Source: an uncultured Syntrophales bacterium (lineage in GTDB: Bacteria; Desulfobacterota; Syntrophia; Syntrophales; JADFWA01). Taken from it: a DNA stretch of 64,000 nt. Both the position numbers and the translations under genes were made by a program. The DNA lies in NCBI GenBank assembly GCA_964650385.1, contig CAZYTP010000002.1, positions 5,302 through 69,301 of the forward strand, given 5' to 3'. Shown here piece after piece: positions 45,046 through 52,768 of the stretch (position 1 is the stretch's first letter; each line of letters begins with the position of its first letter). Under the pieces are notes generated by a model. The model was not told the origin of the DNA and searched no databases. It saw only the letters and a list, made by a program, of their open reading frames with translations.

Positions 45046-45167
45046 AAAACATTTAGGGTTTTTATTTTGGCGACCATACTAAAATTGCCCGTTATCCTTA
45101 CATATTGCTGTTTTTACACCTCCTTATCCTTAATTGGCTTTGTTTACTTGCTTTGCCTTTTATATTC

Positions 45168-45194
45168 TTATCGGAAAAAAAATGGGATTCTTTA
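45168..45194 (-). promoter_or_regulatory. Sigma-28 promoter upstream of flagellin
   Basis: The - strand reads TAAAGAAT...TCCGATAA (TAAA-N15-TCCGATAA). It implies a 5' leader of about 200 nt that contains four AAGGA motifs. Confidence 0.65.
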
Positions 45195-45299
45195 GGATTT
45201 GTTGGTTCTTTTGCAAAAAAAAAAGATGTAACCAACTATTGGGAGAGGGATGTGTGGAGGGAACTAAGATTTGGTTTTATGTTTTATGATTTTTCATCC

Positions 45300-45328
45300 T
45301 TGACGCACAAACCTGATCACTCTATACT
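45300..45328 (+). promoter_or_regulatory. Sigma-70-like promoter upstream of the methyltransferase gene
   Basis: TTGACG-N17-TATACT, read directly, about 175 nt upstream of ATG 45504. The family-B palindrome lies in the would-be leader. Confidence 0.4.
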
Positions 45329-45372
45329 CCTTTCTACTAAAAAAAGAAGAGGGTTTAAAAAATGCCCCCCGA

Positions 45373-45454
45373 GTCATTGCGAGGAGTGCAACGACGTGGC
45401 AATCTATTTGTAATTACAGATAATTTGAGATTGCTTCGCTCCGCTCGCAATGAC
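45373..45454. repeat. Two-tier palindromic repeat, family B, copy 5
   Basis: GTCATTGCGAGGAGTGCAACGACGTGGCAATCT-(AT-rich loop)-AGATTGCTTCGCTCCGCTCGCAATGAC. Confidence 0.85.
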
Positions 45455-45503
45455 AATATGGTATTACGTAAAGCTCTCTCATTGCATTGGAGCAGGATAA
45501 AAA

Positions 45504-46076
45504 ATGAAACTTAATTTGGGTTGCGGAGATAAAAAACTTGAAGGCTTTATAAATGTTGACAAAGAGTCACTGTGTAATCCGGACAAAATCGTTGATTTGG
45601 AAGTATTTCCATGGCCTTTTGAAAGCAATATTGCGGAAGAAGTGAACATGGAGCATATTCTGGAACATATTGGCGCTTCTACAGATGCTCACCGTAAAAT
45701 TATGCAGGAGCTGTACAGGATTTGCATAAACGGTGCAAAACTGAGGGTCGTTGTTCCTCATCCACGCAGTGACAGCTATTTGACAGATCCAACACATGTC
45801 CGGCCTATAACACATAATACGCTTAATATGTATTCGAAGAGAGAATGCCGGCAATTTATTGAAAAACGATGGGCTACAACACCATTAGCACTTTATTGGG
45901 ACATCGATTTTGAAATCAAATCAGTTGCAAATCAACTATTTCCAGACTGGTTTAACAAATTTAAGAACAATGAGCTGACACAAAAAGAGATTGAGTTTGC
46001 TATGAACACGTACAATAATGTGATTAATGAAATAGAAGTGATCCTGCAGGTTATAAAGGGTTCGGATGCGATTTAA
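45504..46076 (+). CDS. Class I SAM-dependent methyltransferase
   Basis: 190 aa. MKLNLGCGDKKLEGFINVD (motif I) and VNMEHILEHI (motif II region), similar to the Methyltransf_11/23-type small MTases found in glycan clusters. Confidence 0.7.
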   Translation: MKLNLGCGDKKLEGFINVDKESLCNPDKIVDLEVFPWPFESNIAEEVNMEHILEHIGASTDAHRKIMQELYRICINGAKLRVVVPHPRSDSYLTDPTHVRPITHNTLNMYSKRECRQFIEKRWATTPLALYWDIDFEIKSVANQLFPDWFNKFKNNELTQKEIEFAMNTYNNVINEIEVILQVIKGSDAI

Positions 46077-46135
46077 AGAAAAATTAAGGGTTCTAAACAG
46101 ACAAGTGATAGTGATCAGGGACAGGAATTGCCGAT

Positions 46136-46173
46136 CCTGATCTTTTCAAGGTGGGCTGTTGCGGCAGGGTTAT
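46136..46173. repeat. 38-nt direct repeat, copy A (downstream of the CgeB-like gene)
   Basis: CCTGATCTTTTCAAGGTGGGCTGTTGCGGCAGGGTTAT matches 47350-47387 at 32 of 38 positions by hand alignment. On the - strand it reads NPAATAHLEKIR, resembling the C-terminus DPTATARLDDIR of the GT2-TPR protein. Confidence 0.7.
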
Positions 46174-46184
46174 AAAGATTGTAT

Positions 46185-47318
46185 CTACTCAGATTTCTCT
46201 TGTAAAATCCGAACCACCTCCTCCATGCGGTGGTTCATGGTGTGATAAGCCAATACTTTTTCCCTGGCTGCATGAGCTATTGCCTTTCTTTTATCTGGGT
46301 GATTAAGATAATAGCCGACTTTTTCAACCAGATCCGGGACATCATCAAAAATAACCAGTTCCTCTCCAGGAGTAAAAAATATTGCTATTTCATCGTTATG
46401 GTCCGAAATCAGAAACCCCTCGCAGGCAAGCACATCAAAAAACCTTTGATTGAGACCGCGCCTTATCTGAGGTTGCGTTATGTTGAGATTGATAGCTGCC
46501 GAGCTGTAAAAAATAGGCAGTTCATTGTAGTATTCAATTCTTGGAAGGATTTGATGCTGATATACCCCGACAAGGTCCCAATCACTCCCAACCACCTTTA
46601 AATCAGCCAGATCGCGAAGTGCCAAAACAGGGGTTTTCCGTCGTTCCTGACTGGCGACCGTTTCCACAAACTTGATAATCAGCATTATTAGATGCAGGTG
46701 TAACCCTCTATCCTTCAATACGTTAATCGTTTCAGGAATATCAATACCATCATGAGCGGCAATGCCTATTAACCCCCTCACTAATTCAGAGTCTTCATCA
46801 CTCATATTCCAGTCTTTCAAAATCAATTCCCATTGGTCATGTGCCTTCTTTATGTGCAGATTTGCCACAAAGCCAACTTCTGTTGTGAACTCTTTTCTGG
46901 TTTTTTCTGAGGGCTTGAAGATAGTTGGTGTGGTTCCCAGATGTAAGTACCTCACCTTATCGTAACCGGCCCCCCGCATGATATCCACATAATAGCGATC
47001 CATACAGAAATGGTAGACATGCCGGTAATGCCTGCGCCATGCCGGCAATAAAAACTTATAAGGGGCATCATGGTGCCAGATTGCTAATTTTATATTGTAG
47101 TCATTGCAAATGCTTAGCAGGGTTGCTTCAGAATCGTCGTCAAAACAAAAAATAACCTCTATTTCGTTTTCTTCAACCATTCTGATAATAGAAAGCTTGT
47201 CGTTGCCAATTCCATAGGGATTGAATTCATGGCTGAAAACGTCATGTCCCAGATCTTTCAGGGCCGAAATCCATTGTCGTTCAATTATCCCCTCCGCACT
47301 CGGTATCAGTATTTTCAT
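46185..47318 (-). CDS. CgeB-family (Glyco_trans_1_2-type) glycosyltransferase
   Basis: Start placed at ATG 47318 (MKILIPSAEG); the ORF-track 47387 start would overlap the upstream gene. The C-terminus NITQPQIRRGLNQRFFDVLACEGFLISDHNDEI...KRKAIAHAAREKVLAYHTMNHRMEEVV is typical of CgeB-like GTs. Confidence 0.6.
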   Translation of the reverse strand: MKILIPSAEGIIERQWISALKDLGHDVFSHEFNPYGIGNDKLSIIRMVEENEIEVIFCFDDDSEATLLSICNDYNIKLAIWHHDAPYKFLLPAWRRHYRHVYHFCMDRYYVDIMRGAGYDKVRYLHLGTTPTIFKPSEKTRKEFTTEVGFVANLHIKKAHDQWELILKDWNMSDEDSELVRGLIGIAAHDGIDIPETINVLKDRGLHLHLIMLIIKFVETVASQERRKTPVLALRDLADLKVVGSDWDLVGVYQHQILPRIEYYNELPIFYSSAAINLNITQPQIRRGLNQRFFDVLACEGFLISDHNDEIAIFFTPGEELVIFDDVPDLVEKVGYYLNHPDKRKAIAHAAREKVLAYHTMNHRMEEVVRILQEKSE

Positions 47319-47325
47319 TGTTCCA

Positions 47326-48651
47326 TCATAAATTAGTATGCCGGTGAGGCCTGATGTCGTCAAGGCGGGCTGTTGCGGTAGGGTCATCAGGGTCTATGGT
47401 AAGGACCTTTTGGAAAAATTTAACGGCGCTATCCGTGTCTTTTAAAGCGAAACTTATTTGACCCAGCAGCTTATAGGCTTCGACTAAATTGCCTCCTATT
47501 TCAATCTCCCTTTCAAGGACATTCATGGCTTCGCCATACATATTCATATTCAGGTATACGACCGCCTTATGACAATTAACGTTCGGGTAATCCGGCTGAA
47601 TTTCCAGGGCCAGGTCATAATTCAATATGGCCATTTCCGCACTTCCAACCGCATAGTGGGCACGTCCGAGAAGAAAAAAAAGGGTTGGAAGCCGGAGTCC
47701 CATATTGATTACACGGTTAAGTATTTCAATGGCAGTTTTGTGCTTGTTTTCAAAGAAATATATCTGAGCCAGATTATGACAAGCGCCCGCATGATCCGGT
47801 TTCCGTTCAAGGACCCACAGGTATTCATTTTTTGCTTCATCATAATGGCTTACCCTGTCCAGGGCCAGCCCACGATTAAACCTGAGTTCAAGCATATCAG
47901 GGAAAACAGCGCATCCCCGGTTTAACACTTCAAGGGCTTTATCCGGCATATTCAATTCCAGGTATTGTTCTGCCAGACCCTTGTAGGCTATCCGGTCGTG
48001 AGGATTGTCCTTAAGCCTTTTCTTCCCGAGGCTAAGGTATTTTTCCTGCTTGCCCTTTATACGATCCAGTCTCAATCTACCGTAATGATGGATAGGGATG
48101 TCTGTCTTGTAAGAGGTTTTTCCGGACTGTCCGAAGGATTGTGATACTGTTTCATGGACTTTCCCGGTAAAGTATATATCCGGATCTTTCTTAAAAAGAC
48201 GTATCAAATCCACCGGTATAAACCCGGGCAGACCTTTTTCTTCTTCATAGTCGTTTGTAGTCAATGTTGAATTGGCAAATAATCGGGTGTCATAGTTTCT
48301 CAAAATGAGCTCTAAGCCATCAGTTTTTACTGAATTAATGATATGTCTGATTTTATCGAGATCCCTTGCTGCTATTACCTCATCGGCATCCATGATTAAT
48401 ATCCAGTTTCCGGTGGCATATGCGATTGACTGATTCCTGTGTTTGCTGTAGTCGTCTTCCCATGGATGATTAAATACTTTAGCATCGTAGCTTCTGGCAA
48501 TATCGACAGTGCGATCGGTTGATCCTGTGTCTACCACAACAATTTCATCGGCCAGGCCCCTAACGCTATCTAGGCATTGGGGAAGAAAATCTTCCTCATC
48601 TTTTGTTATCATGCAAAGTGATATTTTATTGTCCGGATTGGATACTGGCAT
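47326..48651 (-). CDS. GT2 glycosyltransferase fused to TPR repeats (GmaR-like architecture)
   Basis: 441 aa. The GT2 core is ISLCMITKDEEDFLPQCLDSVRGLADEIVVVDTGSTDRTVDIA...NWILIMDADE (DxD present). The C-terminal half has TPR-like repeats (YKGLAEQYLELNMPDKALEVL..., CHNLAQIYFFENKHKTAIEIL...). Confidence 0.8.
   Translation of the reverse strand: MPVSNPDNKISLCMITKDEEDFLPQCLDSVRGLADEIVVVDTGSTDRTVDIARSYDAKVFNHPWEDDYSKHRNQSIAYATGNWILIMDADEVIAARDLDKIRHIINSVKTDGLELILRNYDTRLFANSTLTTNDYEEEKGLPGFIPVDLIRLFKKDPDIYFTGKVHETVSQSFGQSGKTSYKTDIPIHHYGRLRLDRIKGKQEKYLSLGKKRLKDNPHDRIAYKGLAEQYLELNMPDKALEVLNRGCAVFPDMLELRFNRGLALDRVSHYDEAKNEYLWVLERKPDHAGACHNLAQIYFFENKHKTAIEILNRVINMGLRLPTLFFLLGRAHYAVGSAEMAILNYDLALEIQPDYPNVNCHKAVVYLNMNMYGEAMNVLEREIEIGGNLVEAYKLLGQISFALKDTDSAVKFFQKVLTIDPDDPTATARLDDIRPHRHTNL
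47350..47387. repeat. 38-nt direct repeat, copy B (3' end of the GT2-TPR gene)
   Basis: CCTGATGTCGTCAAGGCGGGCTGTTGCGGTAGGGTCAT pairs with 46136-46173, so the two copies bracket the CgeB-like gene. Confidence 0.7.
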
Positions 48652-48658
48652 GAAATTC

Positions 48659-50209
48659 TTATCTTCTCCTTAGCCGTTCTATGATGGGGGTAAAATTGTA
48701 TTGAACAATATCAAGTACGGTTACGAAATCTTCTGCTTGAAATGCCATATGAGCTTCTTTTATTGCAGGCATCAGTTCGTGGGATAATATCTCTTCATAG
48801 CCGTTGCCATATCCGTTACCGTTTAGATATCTCAATATCTTATCTAACTGGCAGATAAATTCGGAGAACGCATCGATAAAATATTGTTTGTTCCCGAGGT
48901 AGAACTGCTTGACGAGCAAATCTCTTTGATTCCCGAACATACTTACAGCCGATTCTATACCATCACTTTCTAAGCGGCTTGTGCCTGGCTTATCGAATAG
49001 TGGAAATATTCCTTCGGCCATTTCATCAATATCATTTACGGAAATTAATGTCTGATCAAACCCTGATCGAAGGTGGGTCAAAAAGAGTTTGATATTATTC
49101 TCGGGCCAAGTAAGAGGTGGAAGGTTATCTTTTCTTATTGATTCGGCAAGTTCGAATGCTTTGCATACATGCCGGGGGGTAATGGCTTTCAGGCATTTGT
49201 GTTCAAATGTACATTCTTCAGGTACCAGGCAGGGGCTGCATGGTTCATCTGCATATAGGACAAGATTTCCCGTTCCATAAGGCCCTGTTTCCCATGGATA
49301 AGCCGTGCCATAGAATAATGCCAGAACCGGTGTTCCCACTGAGGTTGCCATGTGCATGGTGCCCGTATCTCCCGTTATCAAATATTGACATTGTTCAAGC
49401 ACGCCGCCCAAAGTGTTAAGATCCGTTTTTCCTATCAAATCTATAATACAACCATTTTTTGAACCAAGATTGTGGCGAATTGTTTCGGCCAGTTCTTTTT
49501 CATCATCGCTTCCAAGGAGCACGACCTTTTTGTTTCTGTCTTTGATCAGCCATTTTATGACGTGGGCATAGTTTTCGGGTCCCCATTGACGAAATGAGCG
49601 GGCAGCGCCCATTTGCACAGCAACCAATAAGTCATCATCCTTTATACCTCCTCTTGACAGAAGATGCTTTGCATCCGAACGGGCTATTTCCGGGACATAG
49701 AAAACCATTTTTCCACACCCCGGTGAAATCCCGGCTATATGACAACTCCAGTCAACCAGGTTTCGATTGTTGTGATTACGGTTTGTCCTGATGGTTTCGA
49801 AAAGTTCTTGTGATGTATCGTCCGTAAAGATAAATCCCCGTTCAGGAGAAAAACTTCCTCCCAGTACTTCTCCGGTTCCGATCAACCAGGCTAAGATGGC
49901 GCCAAGTTCATACTGCCGGTTGACAATTAACTGAAAATCTTTTCGCTTTAGCTCAGAGATAAGGTCATACAATTCATTATATATCTTGGAATAATGTTCC
50001 GGTCTGTTTTTCAGGAACCAGCGGTACTCTTTTTCCGGTATCGAAAATACTTCATCAACATTCGGATTGCATGACACTAAATCGGTCATATCACTGCCGG
50101 TAAGGAAAGAAATCTTCCCGTCCGGAAACTTTTTCTTAAGACCCTCCAGCATCGGGGTTAACTGAAGTATGTCTCCGAATCTATGAGTCCTTATTACAAG
50201 AATATTCAT
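48659..50209 (-). CDS. GT9 (heptosyltransferase-family) glycosyltransferase with about 170-aa C-terminal extension
   Basis: 516 aa. MNILVIRTHRFGDILQLTPMLEGLKKKFPDGKISFLTG and ITGDTGTMHMATSVGTPVLALFYGT are GT9 signatures. The extra C-terminal region belongs to no family I recognise. Confidence 0.7.
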   Translation of the reverse strand: MNILVIRTHRFGDILQLTPMLEGLKKKFPDGKISFLTGSDMTDLVSCNPNVDEVFSIPEKEYRWFLKNRPEHYSKIYNELYDLISELKRKDFQLIVNRQYELGAILAWLIGTGEVLGGSFSPERGFIFTDDTSQELFETIRTNRNHNNRNLVDWSCHIAGISPGCGKMVFYVPEIARSDAKHLLSRGGIKDDDLLVAVQMGAARSFRQWGPENYAHVIKWLIKDRNKKVVLLGSDDEKELAETIRHNLGSKNGCIIDLIGKTDLNTLGGVLEQCQYLITGDTGTMHMATSVGTPVLALFYGTAYPWETGPYGTGNLVLYADEPCSPCLVPEECTFEHKCLKAITPRHVCKAFELAESIRKDNLPPLTWPENNIKLFLTHLRSGFDQTLISVNDIDEMAEGIFPLFDKPGTSRLESDGIESAVSMFGNQRDLLVKQFYLGNKQYFIDAFSEFICQLDKILRYLNGNGYGNGYEEILSHELMPAIKEAHMAFQAEDFVTVLDIVQYNFTPIIERLRRR

Positions 50210-50856
50210 AAGTCTTTTATTACATCAATGAGTTTCTCAACGCCCGTTGCTAACAAATTGTCTGTGCCGCAATCATTATTCCTCCCGGCGGTTAATCTCA
50301 TTTTAAGCAGGCTGTCATCAAGGATCCGGATTACGGAGGAGTAGAATTCCGGGTAAAGAGATGTTGCAGGAAGGAATACATGATACGTGAAAAGATTGTC
50401 GAGTGAATCGGAAAGAGTCTGCTTGACCGAATCTACGTCCTGGCCAATCAGGAAATGAACGTTTACAATGTCCATTACTTTAGATAGATCAGAGACTTCC
50501 AACGCCAGACGAAACAGAGACTCGTCTGCTTCAACAAGATAGACAGGTTTGATATTTTTGTATCTCTTTAAAAATTCGAGAACATGATACCCCAGACCAT
50601 ACCCGAGTATAACTGTGTTACCATTTTGCACGAATTGACAATCAGTCCATATCCTGGCCTCTCTTTCCGGGTCTACCATGCTGTGAATGTAACGATATAT
50701 GCCCCCTCCCATATTCCGCCTGACGGTAAGACTGCCGGAATCCGTCCTGATAGATTCTAATGAGCTATCGGGGGCCATATCCTTAAACAAATCCGCCAAG
50801 TTTCTATTCTTGCTGCGGAGGAGTTTTAGCATATTGGACTTGTAGCTATCATCCAT
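50206..50856 (-). CDS. Maf N-terminal-domain-only paralogue (lacks the DUF115 catalytic domain)
   Basis: Colinear with the first 220 aa or so of the neighbouring Maf: MDDSYKSNMLKLL vs MDENKIFKKNMAALE; ILGYGLGYHVLEF vs FLGFGLGYHLYMF; VYLVEADESLFRLALEVSDL vs ILIFEEDISLFRLALEMVDM; MRLTAGRNNDCG vs MMITAGNDPMDS. It then stops. The start at 50856 overlaps the maf stop by 8 nt (ORF-track start 50886). The stop overlaps the GT9 start by 4 nt. Confidence 0.55.
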   Translation of the reverse strand: MDDSYKSNMLKLLRSKNRNLADLFKDMAPDSSLESIRTDSGSLTVRRNMGGGIYRYIHSMVDPEREARIWTDCQFVQNGNTVILGYGLGYHVLEFLKRYKNIKPVYLVEADESLFRLALEVSDLSKVMDIVNVHFLIGQDVDSVKQTLSDSLDNLFTYHVFLPATSLYPEFYSSVIRILDDSLLKMRLTAGRNNDCGTDNLLATGVEKLIDVIKDL

Positions 50857-52768
50857 CAGCATGTCCGCTGCCAAGTTGTTCCGCAAGCCTTTTTTCTGAC
50901 TTTACAACTAAGTCCAGGGTTGATACCAAAAGCTGACCTAATGTTCCAATAATTTCTTTAATTGCCAGTATCTGGGCCGAGCGTAGACACTCCTCGTCAG
51001 AATATATCTCTGGAAGAGAATTCATTTTATTGTAAAACCATAGCATGGGTACCTGAAGTGTCTGCCCCGCAATCTCATATACACTTTGGATACTTTTGCG
51101 CGACTCCAGAACATTAGTGACCTTTTCAATAATTTTCATGAGGGCGGCGCTATTAATTTTTGCCCCCTCATGGATGAAAGGATTGATCATGTTTTTATGA
51201 GCCGCGTGTATCTCTTTTCGATACTCTATATATTCTTCTAATATTTTTTCAATGCCTGCACGGGTTTCACCTAAGCGGTAAAAAAAAGTTTCAAGTTCTT
51301 TTCGTGTATCCAGGTTTTTGTCAAAGCCCTCAAGGGTTTTTTCTATTATTGATTCTGGATAAATCTTTTTTTGACAATACTTTTCGATGGCTTCTTCAAG
51401 CCGCATGATTTTAGTTCCTCTGATTCTTGCGCCACCCTCTGTCGCGTTAATGCAGATCCCCGGATAGTAGCTCACATCTTCTTCAATGGCTTTTCTAAAG
51501 TGGAACCATGTCTTTGATGTCTTGACAGGATTTCCGTTGTTTCCCTCCACTTCAAGAATGTCTTTATGATAATAATCGTCACACTCCCCAAAGGGCATCT
51601 CCTGTACATGGGTATCGCCGTCTTCGGCCAGAGCAAGGTCCTGTCCTGTCAGAATGATAGGATCGCAACCCAACTTTTGAGCTACGGTGAAAGCCATATT
51701 CGCAACGGAGGGACCAACTAAAAGTTGTCCCTTGTCATGGTGGAGCCACTCAAACTGTAGAAATGATCGGTGTACAATGATTTTTTTGCCCTTGAAACTA
51801 TCAAAGGTGCGTGATTTGACCAACGGGCAGAAAGCATAGTAAATGCCCTCAAAATCAGGAATGTCCTCGAAAAAATATTCCGAGCCATCTGTTCTTTCCA
51901 TACCAACCACAATATGGGGGCGAATTCCTCGATTAATTAACGGCTGTAAACTCGCGTCACAGCATATGATCAAGGCCCGGTCACGAATTTCTTTTAGCAA
52001 GTGCATGTTTTTGTTAAGAGAGGGGCCGGAAGCGACTGTTATGGCGGGCATACCTTTAAATTTGTCATATAAAAGATTAATACCGGGATTTGAGACTATG
52101 TTTTCAAGATTGCCAAGGATGTTCTCCATTCCAAGAAGTGAATCCATTGGGTCGTTTCCAGCAGTAATCATCATCTGACAGCTTGCATTTTTTACGGTAT
52201 TGACCACCTTTGTGTAGTATTCAGGATTCAGTGAAATATGCGATGGCAGCGGAACAATCTTAAAAGATCTCATGTAAATGTGATTGTCCATTGCCAGGAT
52301 TTCTCTTCGAATTTTAAAAAAAGATTTTTCCGGCTCGTTACCTATAAAAAAGTAGATATCCGGATGTTTGATAAACTCTTCCATGTCGACCATTTCCAGC
52401 GCTAATCGAAACAAACTGATATCTTCCTCAAAAATAAGAATTTTCTTTGATCCCAAACCATTCGCGTAAATCTTTGAAAACATGTAAAGATGATAACCTA
52501 ATCCGAATCCCAGGAACACAACGATTGGGGCATACTTGATGTTCAGTTCTTCAAAATATGCCTTGCAATAGTTGAAAGGGTTATCGTTGTCATACAGCAT
52601 CAATACGTCCGATTCTCTCGAGATCATCACATTGGGTTCACCGTTATGTGACTTTGTGGTTTTGTACCTGTCGGTATCTATAGTCTCATTTTTAATTTCT
52701 ATGGCAAGCTCAGGATATTTCTGTTCAAGAGCCGCCATGTTTTTTTTGAAAATTTTATTTTCATCCAT
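50849..52768 (-). CDS. maf: Motility accessory factor Maf (DUF115/MptE-like putative flagellin glycosyltransferase)
   Basis: 639 aa. The N-terminus MDENKIFKKNMAALEQKYPELA is typical of Maf proteins. The DUF115 core is PAITVASGPSLNKNMHLLKEIRDRALIICCDASLQPLINRGIRPHIVVGMERT and ILTGQDLAL. Confidence 0.8.
   Translation of the reverse strand: MDENKIFKKNMAALEQKYPELAIEIKNETIDTDRYKTTKSHNGEPNVMISRESDVLMLYDNDNPFNYCKAYFEELNIKYAPIVVFLGFGLGYHLYMFSKIYANGLGSKKILIFEEDISLFRLALEMVDMEEFIKHPDIYFFIGNEPEKSFFKIRREILAMDNHIYMRSFKIVPLPSHISLNPEYYTKVVNTVKNASCQMMITAGNDPMDSLLGMENILGNLENIVSNPGINLLYDKFKGMPAITVASGPSLNKNMHLLKEIRDRALIICCDASLQPLINRGIRPHIVVGMERTDGSEYFFEDIPDFEGIYYAFCPLVKSRTFDSFKGKKIIVHRSFLQFEWLHHDKGQLLVGPSVANMAFTVAQKLGCDPIILTGQDLALAEDGDTHVQEMPFGECDDYYHKDILEVEGNNGNPVKTSKTWFHFRKAIEEDVSYYPGICINATEGGARIRGTKIMRLEEAIEKYCQKKIYPESIIEKTLEGFDKNLDTRKELETFFYRLGETRAGIEKILEEYIEYRKEIHAAHKNMINPFIHEGAKINSAALMKIIEKVTNVLESRKSIQSVYEIAGQTLQVPMLWFYNKMNSLPEIYSDEECLRSAQILAIKEIIGTLGQLLVSTLDLVVKSEKRLAEQLGSGHADG

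Noticed and set aside
45105-45413. 102-aa ORF between flagellin and the methyltransferase.
   Set aside because: It covers the flagellin sigma-28 promoter, a sigma-70-like promoter and a family-B repeat. It is low-complexity, has no RBS and is probably non-coding.
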